Positions 28,791 to 40,368 of a DNA stretch of 64,000 bases are shown here, one piece after another; the stretch's first letter is position 1, and every line of letters begins with the position of its first letter. The notes under the pieces are model-generated. The model was not told where the DNA came from. It did not search any database and saw only the letters and a program-made list of their open reading frames with translations. This stretch comes from Octopus vulgaris (lineage: Eukaryota). Location of the stretch: the NCBI GenBank assembly GCA_951406725.2, contig OX597814.1:209498001-209562000 (forward strand), read 5' to 3'. Position numbers and translations under genes: made by a program.

Positions 28791-29723
28791 GTAGTCTTAA
28801 ACAAGACGTTTTTATTCCCCCAAAACGTCAGGCCTTTTGCCTATAGGAGAAAGGATTATTATCATCCTTCTCAAGTTTACGGGAAACAAGCACATGCATA
28901 AACATTTTATGTGGTAATCAGTGTGTTTGTTTCCTAGATCTATGTTTATTCTGTATCTTGAGTTTCACACGAGAGATCATCAGAGTATTTGTACAACTTG
29001 AGGAGTTCACTACCGATCCACAATATGTTATTAATTTCAATTCTAAATCGCTGGTTACAGTATTTATTTCTGCTAATGTTGTTTAGCAGATGCTGTGTGA
29101 ATGATATATCGCACGGCTGTCTGTACTCGGCTCAAACTCACCTGATAACTTTGTACCTTTTGTGGAGTCCAATCAATTGCAAACAAACTGTCTGGTTCGT
29201 GGATACCTTGCTCCTCTCACCTGTCGCGGAGAACTGTGATAAAATATTTCTGGGCACTGTCCTTCTCACACCGACTAAGCGTAAACTTATCCCCCACATC
29301 TATAAATAAGTCAGACTCATTCTCCACAAATATTGTTTGTTGGCATCAAGGAAATATACTTCAAACATTCATTAACAACAAAAAAAAAACAAACTATTAT
29401 CCAGAATTTCTAAATTATTGCCATTAATATAACGTTACCGATAACAATAACAAACGGATTCTGCCGAACAACCAACTATTCTACTGAACAAATAACAGCG
29501 AAGTGAATACCTAAAAAGTAATAATAGATCTAACAAGTGGTGGAAATGGCTTTGTTTGAGATAACCACTTATATTTGTGACTCTCAGTTAACATAATATG
29601 ATATTTCCATTCATGTTTATATTATGCTTTCAGTATAAGAGCCACTTGTGCTTTTCGGAATTCACAGGTCCCTTTCATTTCATAGTGACTGTCATATACG
29701 ACAATCACTCTGTATACAAACAA

Positions 29724-29806
<83 letters not shown>

Positions 29807-29946
29807 ATCTATCTATCTATCTATACATGATATATATGTTTATATATGTATATATATTTCTATATGTAATATATATATATATATTTATATATATTTATAT
29901 TTATATATATTTATATTTATATGCACACATGTATAAATGTATATAC

Positions 29947-30013
<67 letters not shown>

Positions 30014-30480
30014 CATACATACATATTTATGTATGTACACACACAAACACACACATATACATATATAAATATATAATTCTTATATTTGCGATATATTACT
30101 ACTAAACTCCTAAGTACTGATAGAAATAAGAAATATACATTTTATTGAAGTTTCAGCGGAGTTGGAGAAACTATAAATTAGCCATCATACACAAATAAAC
30201 TTTAAAAAGCTTCAAAGGCATCTGAAAGATCAATTACTATTTTAAATGCCTTGCAATAATTTATCAAAAGCTGGAAAACATGAAGGAATACAACAAATAG
30301 TTAAGATGACGTTCTCATGCTTACTAGAATAAAGGAGAAATACAAAGTATTAACGCGGAAACATTGGATTTCATACAGATGCCCTCGTAACAACAATTAC
30401 CGTAGAACCTCGGTTTTCGGACAACCCTGATCACGAATAAATCATACTTTATCTCCTGTCTTTCTCATATTCATTTAATA

Positions 30481-30586
30481 CAGTAGTACCTCGGTTTACG
30501 AACGCCTCTGATCACGAATAAATCGTGCTTTTATATCTATCTATCTATCTATTTATCTATATACTATCTATCTATCTATCTATTTA

Positions 30587-30646
<60 letters not shown>

Positions 30647-30902
30647 TATACATATATATATATATAAATATTACGTTATATAATTAGGGTTCATATATAT
30701 ATAAAAAAAATATTTTACTGAACCCTAATTATATAACGTAATGTGTTAAATATACCGTAAATGGTCTTTTTACATACTGAACACTACTTGGTAAAATTAA
30801 TTAATAATTAATTAATTTTACCCTTTTATTATTGACTATATATATATATATGAAGCACGACTTATTCGCGATCAGAGTTGTTCGAAAACCGAGGTACTAC
30901 TG
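30481..30902. mobile_element. Tigger/pogo-type MITE with about 50-bp TIRs
   Basis: TA-CAGTAGTACCTCGGTTTACGAAC... versus ...GTTCGAAAACCGAGGTACTACTG; an extra left-end copy lies at 30398-30450. Confidence 0.8.
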
Positions 30903-31918
30903 TTTTTGCAAATATTTTTAGAAAGAGTAGAATATTTTCATACTAAAGCATTAATAAGCTGTAAAATATAACTTGCATACTTGAACACTTTATTTTGAAT
31001 ATTGATATTCCTTGTAAAGTACAAAAGCTCAATATTCTACCAGTGGAGAATTTTAAAGTAATTATAGTTTTATCGTTTATTCAGTAGAAAATGGCAAGTT
31101 TTATCGTCTTTAAGGCCTCTCAGTCTTGTGAACGAGAGTAATGAAGTTTGCTCAAATCCGATTTGCAATGGAAAAGAATCTGATAACATATTCAAGGTAT
31201 CAAGAGTAATATTAAACTGGGGGACTGATTAGTTTTACTTTTCAAGAAGTTCGTGGAGGAATTTGAACTCAGAGCGCAAAGATCTGGAACGTATATCGTA
31301 AAAAAATCTAGTTTAACGTGTTTACCGTTTCACTAATCCACCAGATTGGGGTCCTAATTTTTTCGATCTCGACAGGATGAAAGGCAAAACTGACCTCGAT
31401 GAGGTTTAACCTCATAGTCGAGAGAATCAGAAGAAATACTCGTTGTCGTCATTGTTGCTTAGTCCTGCTCCTTTCTCAAGAAATATACTATAATCAAATG
31501 TGTTCTTTTCTTGGATCTGGCATTGTTTTTGTTTTAATCATAGATTATTTACAACTGCTGTATTTATTGCTCTGGTTCGTAAAGATTATGATATGGTTTA
31601 CGGGACATATCTTAGCAGGCCCGTTAGTCCACCTGTTCCAGACTCCTGGGGTTGTATGTTTAAACTGATACAGGTTGATATCAGATTTAAAATAGACCTA
31701 TACATGAATAAATTTACAGACATATGCAGTTCTAAGGATTAATTTGTGAGCAAAGATTTTGACGTAGGTGGGTGAAACACTGATACATAGCAATACAGGA
31801 CAGATGATGATACAGGACAGATGATGAGTTACGTATTGTTCATCCAAATTCGTAGAAGTAAGTCCTAAACTGTTAAGGAGTAAGGTCATTAATTATCTCA
31901 GTTTTGATTATTCGACAC

Positions 31919-32360
31919 GGATCTTTTCGGTTTGAACGGCAGTTTTTAACATAATTTCTAGGTAACTAAAAAATTTTAAACTTCGTATACTGGTAGAATG
32001 TGTTTATAAAACATCTTTTTCTCTTGGCTTTATTGAGAAAATTCTATAGTTTGTAAGATATTTTTTGTTCTTTTTTTTCTTCAATTTCTGCAATTTCAAC
32101 CAGTGACGTCTATTGAGTTAAAAAGCATTCTGTGCCGTATGAATATGTCCCTCATTTAAGAAACAGATTAGGTTTATTTACATTTGTGAAGAAAATAAGA
32201 TACCCTTCCCCACCCCTAACCCTAACCGTAACCCTAACCCCAACTAACCCTAATCCTAAAAGAGATTGAAATGCAATAGATCGATTCTCGGGTCATAATT
32301 ATGGGTGACAATTTCATATGACACCACTAGAAAAAACTGCCGTTCAAACCGAAATGATCC
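31919..32360. mobile_element. MITE with 29-bp TIRs starting GG and an 8-bp TSD (Merlin-like), with internal telomere-type repeats
   Basis: TSD TTCGACAC at 31911-31918 and 32361-32368; TIR GGATC(T/A)TTTCGGTTTGAACGGCAGTTTTT; CCCTAA repeats at 32214-32259. Confidence 0.92.
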
Positions 32361-32921
32361 TTCGACACTAATACCAGTGCTTTCATTTGCTTTATTATTT
32401 CTTTTGCATTACACTCTTTTACTAATCCATCAAACGGGAGAAAATGCTAATCATTTTTTAATATAACACTAAACCTCCTTATCATCATTTCGTAGTGATT
32501 CCGGTGATATCATTTACTTGGAGACTTTTTGTACTTGATTAGCTTCGCTTTTTTTCTACATGTACTCAAATCGCCGTATCCCTACGAACAGAAAAATATG
32601 CCTTTAACTATACCCTTGTTTCTTTGCTCCCGCCTTCTGCTTTTGTAATTGTGTGAGATATAGTCTCTGACATCAATGTAGAAAACGTGTCAAACGGTAT
32701 TTGGTAATAAAACAAAACAAACAGAAACATTTAAGCAAATACACTTGGTATCTGTTCGCTTGATTTTATTTTCTGGTACTCGCAAACATTTTTTTATTTA
32801 CTTCACTTACTAGCTCAATGTATTTGAAATAGATAGTCCTCTCTTATTTATGGAAAAAGTCACGCAGTTTGGGGAGAGGTATGAGATTATATGGCACTCA
32901 TTATTTTCTTGAAGGAATGTA

Positions 32922-33135
32922 GAGAGCTAGCAGAATTATTAGCGCCTCGAACAAAATGCTCATCGGCACTTCTTTCACCTCTTTACGTTCTGCGTCCAAA
33001 TCTCACCGAGGTAGACTTTGCATTCATCTTTTCTGGGTTGATAAAATATATACCATTGAAGTACTGAAGTTTCATGTAGTAGATTAACACCAGCTCACTA
33101 AAATTGCTGGCTTTTTGTCAAATTTTTAAACCGTT
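32922..33135 (+). mobile_element. Old SINE family B copy
   Basis: GAGCTAGCAGAATTATTAGCG...CCGAGGTAGACTTTGCATTCATC. Confidence 0.7.
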
Positions 33136-33999
33136 ATATTCTCAAAGGTGCACAAGATTATTGGATTCAAATGGAATCGAAACACTACTATTGCTTCTGC
33201 TGCTGCTACGTTACCCGAAGGCTCTGGTTACGTTCGTGTTACCTTCTTGACAATAATGCTTGATAAATATCGCCTAAGTTTCTTTAAATGTGGTTAAGGC
33301 TTTCCAATATGCTGAAATGGGAAGAAGATGAAATTGCGAATGAAAAGCACCAAACGTAAACTGTTCAACTGGCAGCTTATCGAATTAGAATAATTATATG
33401 AAGATAATTCCTACAGATTCGCAGAAACACTTTAAACTTAATAAAATCATAACTGAAGAAATAAACAAGATATGAGAATATTATCCCTGTATAAATAATT
33501 AAACAGTCGAAAATGAACAAGATGAGAGAAATAGAGAGAAAGCAAATTATTTAAAGGAAACTGAAAATGAAGTAGAATCTTCAGGAAATTTTAATTAAAA
33601 ATTAGAAACATTATTGACACGTTTCTTTCTGTATGTAACACTTATTTATATTGTTCTTATGTTGCAAATATTTCCATTAATTTATTCCACTGGAATTTCT
33701 TGACAAGTTTCAACGTCGTATTGCGAAGTGTCTATAATATTTCTATCAATACTTTTAGCATGCGGCTACAGTAGTGTTGCAGAAAGTAGAATTAAAACGA
33801 AGGATGACTTGTTGTTTTGACAGTAACTATAATTTTAAGGAGTTCCAAAGTAGAAGGTGAAAGCAAAAAGTAAAGAAATGAGATAATTTTAAAGGATATA
33901 CATTACTATTTGTATAGAGAATATGTAAAAATATCAAAATATTTACAACGGACTCTCAGCAAAGCATTTCACCAAAATAATTACAAAATACTATATAAT

Positions 34000-34213
34000 C
34001 TTTTCCGCTAAAGTCACAAAATCTGAAATTTTGCGGGAGGGGTTAAGTCGATTATATCGACCCCCGTACTCAGCTGGTACTTAAATTATCGACCCCAAAA
34101 GGAAGCGAGGCAAAGTCGACCTCGGCGGAATGTAAACTTAGAACGTAGCGACGGGCGAAATACTGCTAAGCATTTCGTCCTGTGCGCTAACGATTCTGCA
34201 AGCTCACCGCCTT
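34000..34213 (-). mobile_element. SINE family B copy
   Basis: GGCAAAGTCGACCTCGGCGGAAT...CTAAGCATTTCG...GCTCACCGCC. Confidence 0.85.
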
Positions 34214-36364
34214 ACAGAATACTATATAATGAGAAGAGAGTAGGCAGAGACCAGTTTCTCCAGCTTGATGGATTATTACAATAATGCTATATAAATAACA
34301 AGTACGAGAAAATAGATACTGAGATTATAGTTAAACACTCCGTAGCAGTTAAGGAGTCGTTAGTTTATTATGCATCTTAGATTTCATATAGGGTATCAAA
34401 GAATACAATCTTACCGAACACAGCAGCTATTAAGCGAAGAACGGGCTGTGGAAATAGTAAATAGAAGCGAAGTGAACCGAAAGATTTCAATTAGGACTCA
34501 AATTTCCAAACTAATAATTCTTAAGTCAAATATATGTAACATATAATACCCCGTGTTATGAGAGAGAAAACTGACATGAAACTACCATACAAAAAACCCC
34601 CCAGAAAAGGTTTAAAAGTGAATGTAATGCAGTTTAAAAGATAATTAAATAGTAGACCCGTCGTGCCCAAGATAAATGATATCGGAAAGAAAGATGCTCA
34701 AAAATAACATGCACTAAAATCGTACGAAATATACAAGAATTCCGAAATATGTATGGAAAGTTTTTAATAAGTGAAACCTGAAATCCTGAAATCCAAGGTT
34801 CTATGAAAATTGGAGAAAGTTTTAAACTAAAGTAGAAGAACTTGAACCCATACTTTATTCCCAAACTCTGTATATTCTGGAAAAAAAGTATGGGATACTG
34901 ATTAACGACAACTCGATACCTATTAAATTCAGGAGTTTAAAGAAAGAAAGAACCCCACGAAATTGGTGTGCGATAATAATTACAAGAGAGAACAGTATTT
35001 GGTGTACTCGGTTCGGTAAAGAATAATATTGATATATAACGGTGACAACATACCGTATATGTAGTATGGAGGTGTGTGATCGACTTAATTCTCCTATTAC
35101 TTATTACTAGTACATATCTTAACGAAACTTGCAGGAAGTAAATATTAAGGTCTAATGTAGACACAAGCTGTCAAAATTGGGTAATAATATAGTTTGCCTT
35201 TATTTTGGCTTTTGTTTCTGATCAGTTATTGAGCTCGTATAAATTTTCAAATGAAAAGAGAAGAGGCCATAAATGAATAACACAAGGTATTTCGTACAAT
35301 GCTTCAAACGATCGCGCTAAAATATTTCAAGGAATTTAGTTTCCGTTTTACTGTTTCTGCTATTTCATTACCTCCAACGAATAATTTCAGTTTTAAGCAC
35401 AAGTTGAAAATTAAACAGATTAAATCAACTTCAGAGGAGTGACAGCTGAAGACACCCCATGGGGTCTGAACTTATAACATAAGTAAACGAAACTAAATAT
35501 TGCAAGGGCAAAATCGTTTTAGTTATGAAAGGCAAAGTTGACGTTATTTAGATTGCAATTCTTTAAGGCGCTGGAACAAATACAGAGGACATTTAAAAAC
35601 TGTTTCTAAAGCAGGAAAAAGGCCCACAATTGGGCTGAGGTTTAGTCGATTACATTGATCACGGTACTTCAGTAGCGCATTATTTAATGGATCCTTGGAA
35701 GGATATGAACTTAAAAAGAAAGGAGGTACATCTAAAATCTACAAGTTATTTCACTTGACGTCCTTCTAATTTCAGCAATTCACCACTCGAACAATTCTTT
35801 CTAATTTTTGGTATAAGATAAGCAATTTTGAGGTGTGGGTGAGTGAGTGTTGGTAAAAGGAATTTGGTTAAATCAGTTTTTCTAACTTCTTCATCGCGGA
35901 CAGGATGAGAGAGAAAAAGTCAACTTCGACGGTATTTGAACGTAAAGAGCCGGAAGAAATGCTGCTAAACATTTTGTTCAATGTGATAACGATTCTGTCA
36001 GGTCAACGCCTTAATTTACCTTAATTAATAATTACAAAAATAACAATAATAAAATAATGAAATATGAATATGTATACATTCAGTTTTAACATGATATTGT
36101 ACACTAGAATGGGAAAGGCAAAATCATGCCATAACACCGTATCAGGTAATCTAGTGACGTCACTCAAAGCTAATTTGGATGTGTTTTCATACACGAAGTC
36201 TATAGAGAGAAACTTTCCTCCGAGCCAAAATTCCCCATCGAATGTCCTTCACATGTTAATGTATAGGATTGTAATAAATTTGTATATCGACCTCACTGTT
36301 CTGTGTGTTTGTACTAAACTAATTCCATATCTGGAAACGTTTACAAATAAATTGCATTCCCAGT

Positions 36365-38276
36365 AGTATTTCAGACACAAGCAACTCGAGGTGTACAAAA
36401 CTCAACGAGACCGAGCCGTGAAAATTGAAAAGAAAGAACGCTTCAGTTACGAATACAAAATCGCGGCAAATGCCAGTAGCAATCCAAAAACCTTCTTTGT
36501 CCATGTCCAGCGGAATTCCCGCTTGAACAACCAGATTGCAACGTTGGTAGACTCAACAGGCGTATCGATTGAGGACCCTTATCAACAGAGTCAATTATTT
36601 GCCGAGGCTTTTTCAACTATTTTCAAACAAGATGATGGTCGTGAACCCCCTCCATTTGATAGATCGGTACCTCCAATGCTTCGATTGGTCATCACGCGGG
36701 ACGAAGTCAAACGTGTTATTCAAGGCCTCGATGTCAACAAAGGTCACGGCCCTGACGGCATACACCCACGGGTTATCAAAGCGTTGGCTCCGGTCATCTG
36801 CGAGCCCTTAACACGACTATTCAATATGTCATTGGCGACGGGTGTTATACCTGCAGACTGGAGAACAGCGATAATCTGCCCAATTTTCAAGAAAGGGAGC
36901 CGCGAAGACCCGCTTAACTGCCGACCGGTTTCCCTTACATCAATTATCAGCAAGATGTTCGAAACCATCCTTAAGAAAAGTATGATGCTCCACCTCCTGA
37001 ACACAGCCTCTATCTCTGATTCCCAACACGGCTTCGTGCCGAAGAGATCATGCTTGACCAACCTACTAGTAATGGAAGAATTGGTGACGCGCATCCTCGA
37101 TGATAGTGATGCTGTTGACATCGTTTTACTGGACTTTGCCAAAGCTTTTGACTCGGTAAACCACCGCCTATTGCTTGTCAAGCTTCAAGCATATAGTTTC
37201 CATCCGGATATTGTACGATGGGTTGGTGCCTTCCTCTCAGATCGCTCCTTCCAAGTCCAAGTTAATGGTTCGCGGTCCGACGTCTCCAGTGCGAGCAGTG
37301 GCGTGCCTCAAGGCTCAGTGCTTGGGCCCTTGTTGTTCTTAGTCTTCATAAATCACTTGCCCGACGAGCTCACGCAACACACCCTTCTATTTGCCGACGA
37401 TATCAAACTGGTCGCTCCTCGCGGTAATATAGAGGATCTTCGTCGATGCCTCCACCAAATTTGGAAGTGGTCTAACAATTGGGACCTGTGTCTGAACGTG
37501 TCAAAGTGCTGTCATCTGCCTGTCGGCTCTACTCCTGCAACTCAACTTGATTTCGAGCCGGGTCGTCTGCTGCTGGAGAGGACCGATCAGGTAAAGGACC
37601 TAGGTATCTTGGTGGATTCCTCCTTTTCGCCTTCGGCCCAGTGCGTCCATGCTGCCAACAAAGCACGCGGAATTCTGTTCTTGATTCGACGGTCATTCGG
37701 AATGCTCACAGCAGCCATATTCCTACCACTCTATGTCACGCTGGTGAGACCCATATTGGAGTATGGGATTCAAGCCTCTTCTCCTTATCTCCTCAAAGAC
37801 ATACAGCATCTTGAAAGAGTCCAGAAGCTGGCTACCCGCATGGTTCATGGTCTCAAAAATTTGTCCTACGAAGAAAGGCTGAGGACGCTCGACCTTTATT
37901 CTCTTGAAAAACGCCGCCGCCGTGGTGATCTCATTCTCGCCACACATCATAAGCGGAAAGTGTAACCTCTCGAAAGAGCTGTTCTTCACTCCTGCTCCAG
38001 AGCGTCGGCTGCGGGGTCATTCCGAAAAGCTCTACCTGCGACGATTTCATCTCAATCGAAGGAGAAGAGCTTTCTCCGTCCGGGTTGCGGATCCGTGGAA
38101 CAAGCTTCCAGACGAGATGGTGAAGATGCCGACGACCGCTTTGTTCAAAGCCTCCCTTGACCTCAAGTGGCCTGAACTCTTTACATGAACATCACCCTGT
38201 ACTTAACTCCATGTCCCCCTACATGGCCTTGCTATTTGCTTTTGAGCCAAATTAACTAACTAACTAACTAACTAAC
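36365..38276 (+). mobile_element. 5'-truncated CR1-clade LINE with (CTAA)n tail
   Basis: RT ORF, frameshifted C-terminus ending at 38188, short 3' UTR and (CTAA)n at about 38252-38276; higher GC than the flanks. Confidence 0.95.
36391..37965 (+). CDS. LINE ORF2 reverse transcriptase (lacks the APE domain; frameshift near 37940)
   Basis: GPDGIHP, RPVSLTS, QHGF, DFAKAFDSV, GVPQGSVLGPLLF, FADD, LERVQ..ATR, RRRRGDLI; continues in frame 37904-38188 (FSVRVADPWNKLP). Confidence 0.93.
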   Translation: MYKTQRDRAVKIEKKERFSYEYKIAANASSNPKTFFVHVQRNSRLNNQIATLVDSTGVSIEDPYQQSQLFAEAFSTIFKQDDGREPPPFDRSVPPMLRLVITRDEVKRVIQGLDVNKGHGPDGIHPRVIKALAPVICEPLTRLFNMSLATGVIPADWRTAIICPIFKKGSREDPLNCRPVSLTSIISKMFETILKKSMMLHLLNTASISDSQHGFVPKRSCLTNLLVMEELVTRILDDSDAVDIVLLDFAKAFDSVNHRLLLVKLQAYSFHPDIVRWVGAFLSDRSFQVQVNGSRSDVSSASSGVPQGSVLGPLLFLVFINHLPDELTQHTLLFADDIKLVAPRGNIEDLRRCLHQIWKWSNNWDLCLNVSKCCHLPVGSTPATQLDFEPGRLLLERTDQVKDLGILVDSSFSPSAQCVHAANKARGILFLIRRSFGMLTAAIFLPLYVTLVRPILEYGIQASSPYLLKDIQHLERVQKLATRMVHGLKNLSYEERLRTLDLYSLEKRRRRGDLILATHHKRKV

Positions 38277-38474
38277 ATATATATATATTTTTTTGTCTAC
38301 TGAGATGTCTCCAGCCTAGAAGGATACGTTTGAGACATGTTTTCATTCACGTTTTTCCCTGAGTATTTGCTGAAACAGGTAAATCTTTAACCAGAACACT
38401 CCAGCTTTCTGTGCCGAACTGTGCTTTATCTGAATTTAATTTGTGATAAGTTACTCTGATGAAGGTGTATGAAT

Positions 38475-38800
38475 AAGTGGTTAGAGCGTTGGGCTCACAA
38501 TCCTGAAGTAATGAGTTCGATTCCCGGACCGGGCTGTGCGTTGTGTTCTTCACCAAGATACTTTATTTCACATTGCTCCAGTTCAACAAGCTGTAGAAAT
38601 GAGTTGCAATGTCACTGGTGCCAAGCCGTGTTCGCCTTTGCCTTTCCCTTGGTTAACATCTGTGGCATGGAGCGAGGAGGTTGGTATGCATGGGTGACTG
38701 TTGGTCTTCCATAAACAACCTTGTCCAGACTGGTGCCAAGGAGGGGAACTTTCCAGTTGCAATCCCATGCTCATTCGTGACCGAACGGGTTTTTTACCCA
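38475..38800 (+). mobile_element. tRNA-derived SINE with CORE-like domain (family E)
   Basis: AGTGGTTAGAGCG...GAGTTCGATTCCC, then TTGTGTTCTTCACCAAGATACTTTATTTCACATTGCTCCAG...CTGTAGAAATGAG. Confidence 0.8.
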
Positions 38801-39632
38801 TTACTGTGTAAGATACTAACAGTAATCTGAAGGCAATTTTATCAGGTAAGACTTAGGGATATTGTTCTTTAGGCACAAATCAGTCATATAAAGTAGACCT
38901 ATGATCAAAGGCGCTAAAATTATGACATCGCCTAATGTTTTTTGAGACTTAATATATGAAGGACAATAGTATCAAATTCGATCAGTTGTTTGAAAATCAG
39001 GGAAGTGTGATTTGATGGAGATGTGGCTGTTATTGCTAGCTGTTGGAGCGATTACAAAAAGGATCCTTAATGTTACATTGTGAATGACAAATTTATTCAA
39101 ATAGTAGTAAAACATCCAATTAGAACAAGTATATGCGAGTAACTTTTGTAATAGCGACGTAACTTAGGCGACAAACAGGATATTTTCCCTACAAGATAAA
39201 CAAAGGTGACACCATCTGTTGTAATATGTGCTACGATCGTTTATTGCCAGAAATGCGAACAGCCTGAAAAACTATCAAGTTTCCCAAATATCAATGAACT
39301 AGATCTAAATGGTGCAACGTCTGTACCATTCAACAAATGCGGAAAAAAGGTGTAAGTTGTAACATTTCTAAGAAGGAAACTATTGATGAGTAGGGGATTT
39401 GTCGATGACATCGATCTCAAAAGAAAGTCGATCTCAGCCATATTTGAACATAGACCGTTAAGTCGGACGAAATGCCTCTAAGCATTCTGCTTCTGTCAGC
39501 TCGTCGCCTTATTCTTCCAACGTTTAATTCTTTCTGCTATAGACACAAGTCAACTTGACTTTCGAGGGAGTGGGGCTAGTAGATTACTAGACCTCAGTGT
39601 TCATCTGAATGGTACTTAGTTTATGGTACTTA

Positions 39633-39865
39633 GGCGGCGAGCTGGCAGAATCGTTAGCATGTCGGGCGAAATGCTTAGCGGTATTTCGGCTGCCGTTACG
39701 TTGTGAGTTCAAATTCCGCCGAGGTCGACTTTGCCTTTCATCCTTTCGGGGTCGATAAATTAAGTACCAGTTACGCACTGGGGTCGATGTAATCGACTTA
39801 ATACCTATGTCTGTCCTTGTTTGTCCCCTCTGTGTTTAGCCCCTTGTGGGTAATAAAGAAATAGG
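39633..39865 (+). mobile_element. Young SINE family B inserted antisense into an older family B copy (about 39535-40002)
   Basis: TSD GGTACTTAGTTTAT at 39611-39624 and 39864-39877. Confidence 0.92.
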
Positions 39866-40240
39866 TACTTAGTTTATCGATCCTGACAGAATAGAAGGCA
39901 AATTATACCTGGGAGGTATTTGAGGCTCTGCACGCAAATGCATAAAGAGTGCAGCTAAGCATTTTGTTCAGCGTGCTGACGATTCTGCCTGATCGCCACC
40001 TTATTCTTCCAACTCATAATAAAAACAATTTATGTCACTCACATTTCAAACGGCATTCGTTTGCTGAATCCATGCAAATACAACACTGATGATTAGTTCG
40101 TCGACTGCGAAAGGAATGGATAGGAAAAGCAATTTCGGTGGGAGTTGAACTTAAAGCCTAGAGAGATGCAATTAAATTCTGTATTACATTATGTTCGACG
40201 CTCGGGTGATTCTGCTCTAAATATAACGATAGAAACAGCG

Positions 40241-40301
<61 letters not shown>

Positions 40302-40314
40302 TAATAATGATAAC

Positions 40315-40367
<53 letters not shown>
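40241..40367. repeat. (TAA)n microsatellite
   Basis: Direct reading. Confidence 0.98.

Positions 40368-40368
<1 letters not shown>

Noticed and set aside
29140-29330. Minus-strand exon candidates ending in GTGAGA or GTGAGT
   Set aside because: No recognisable protein similarity and weak acceptors.
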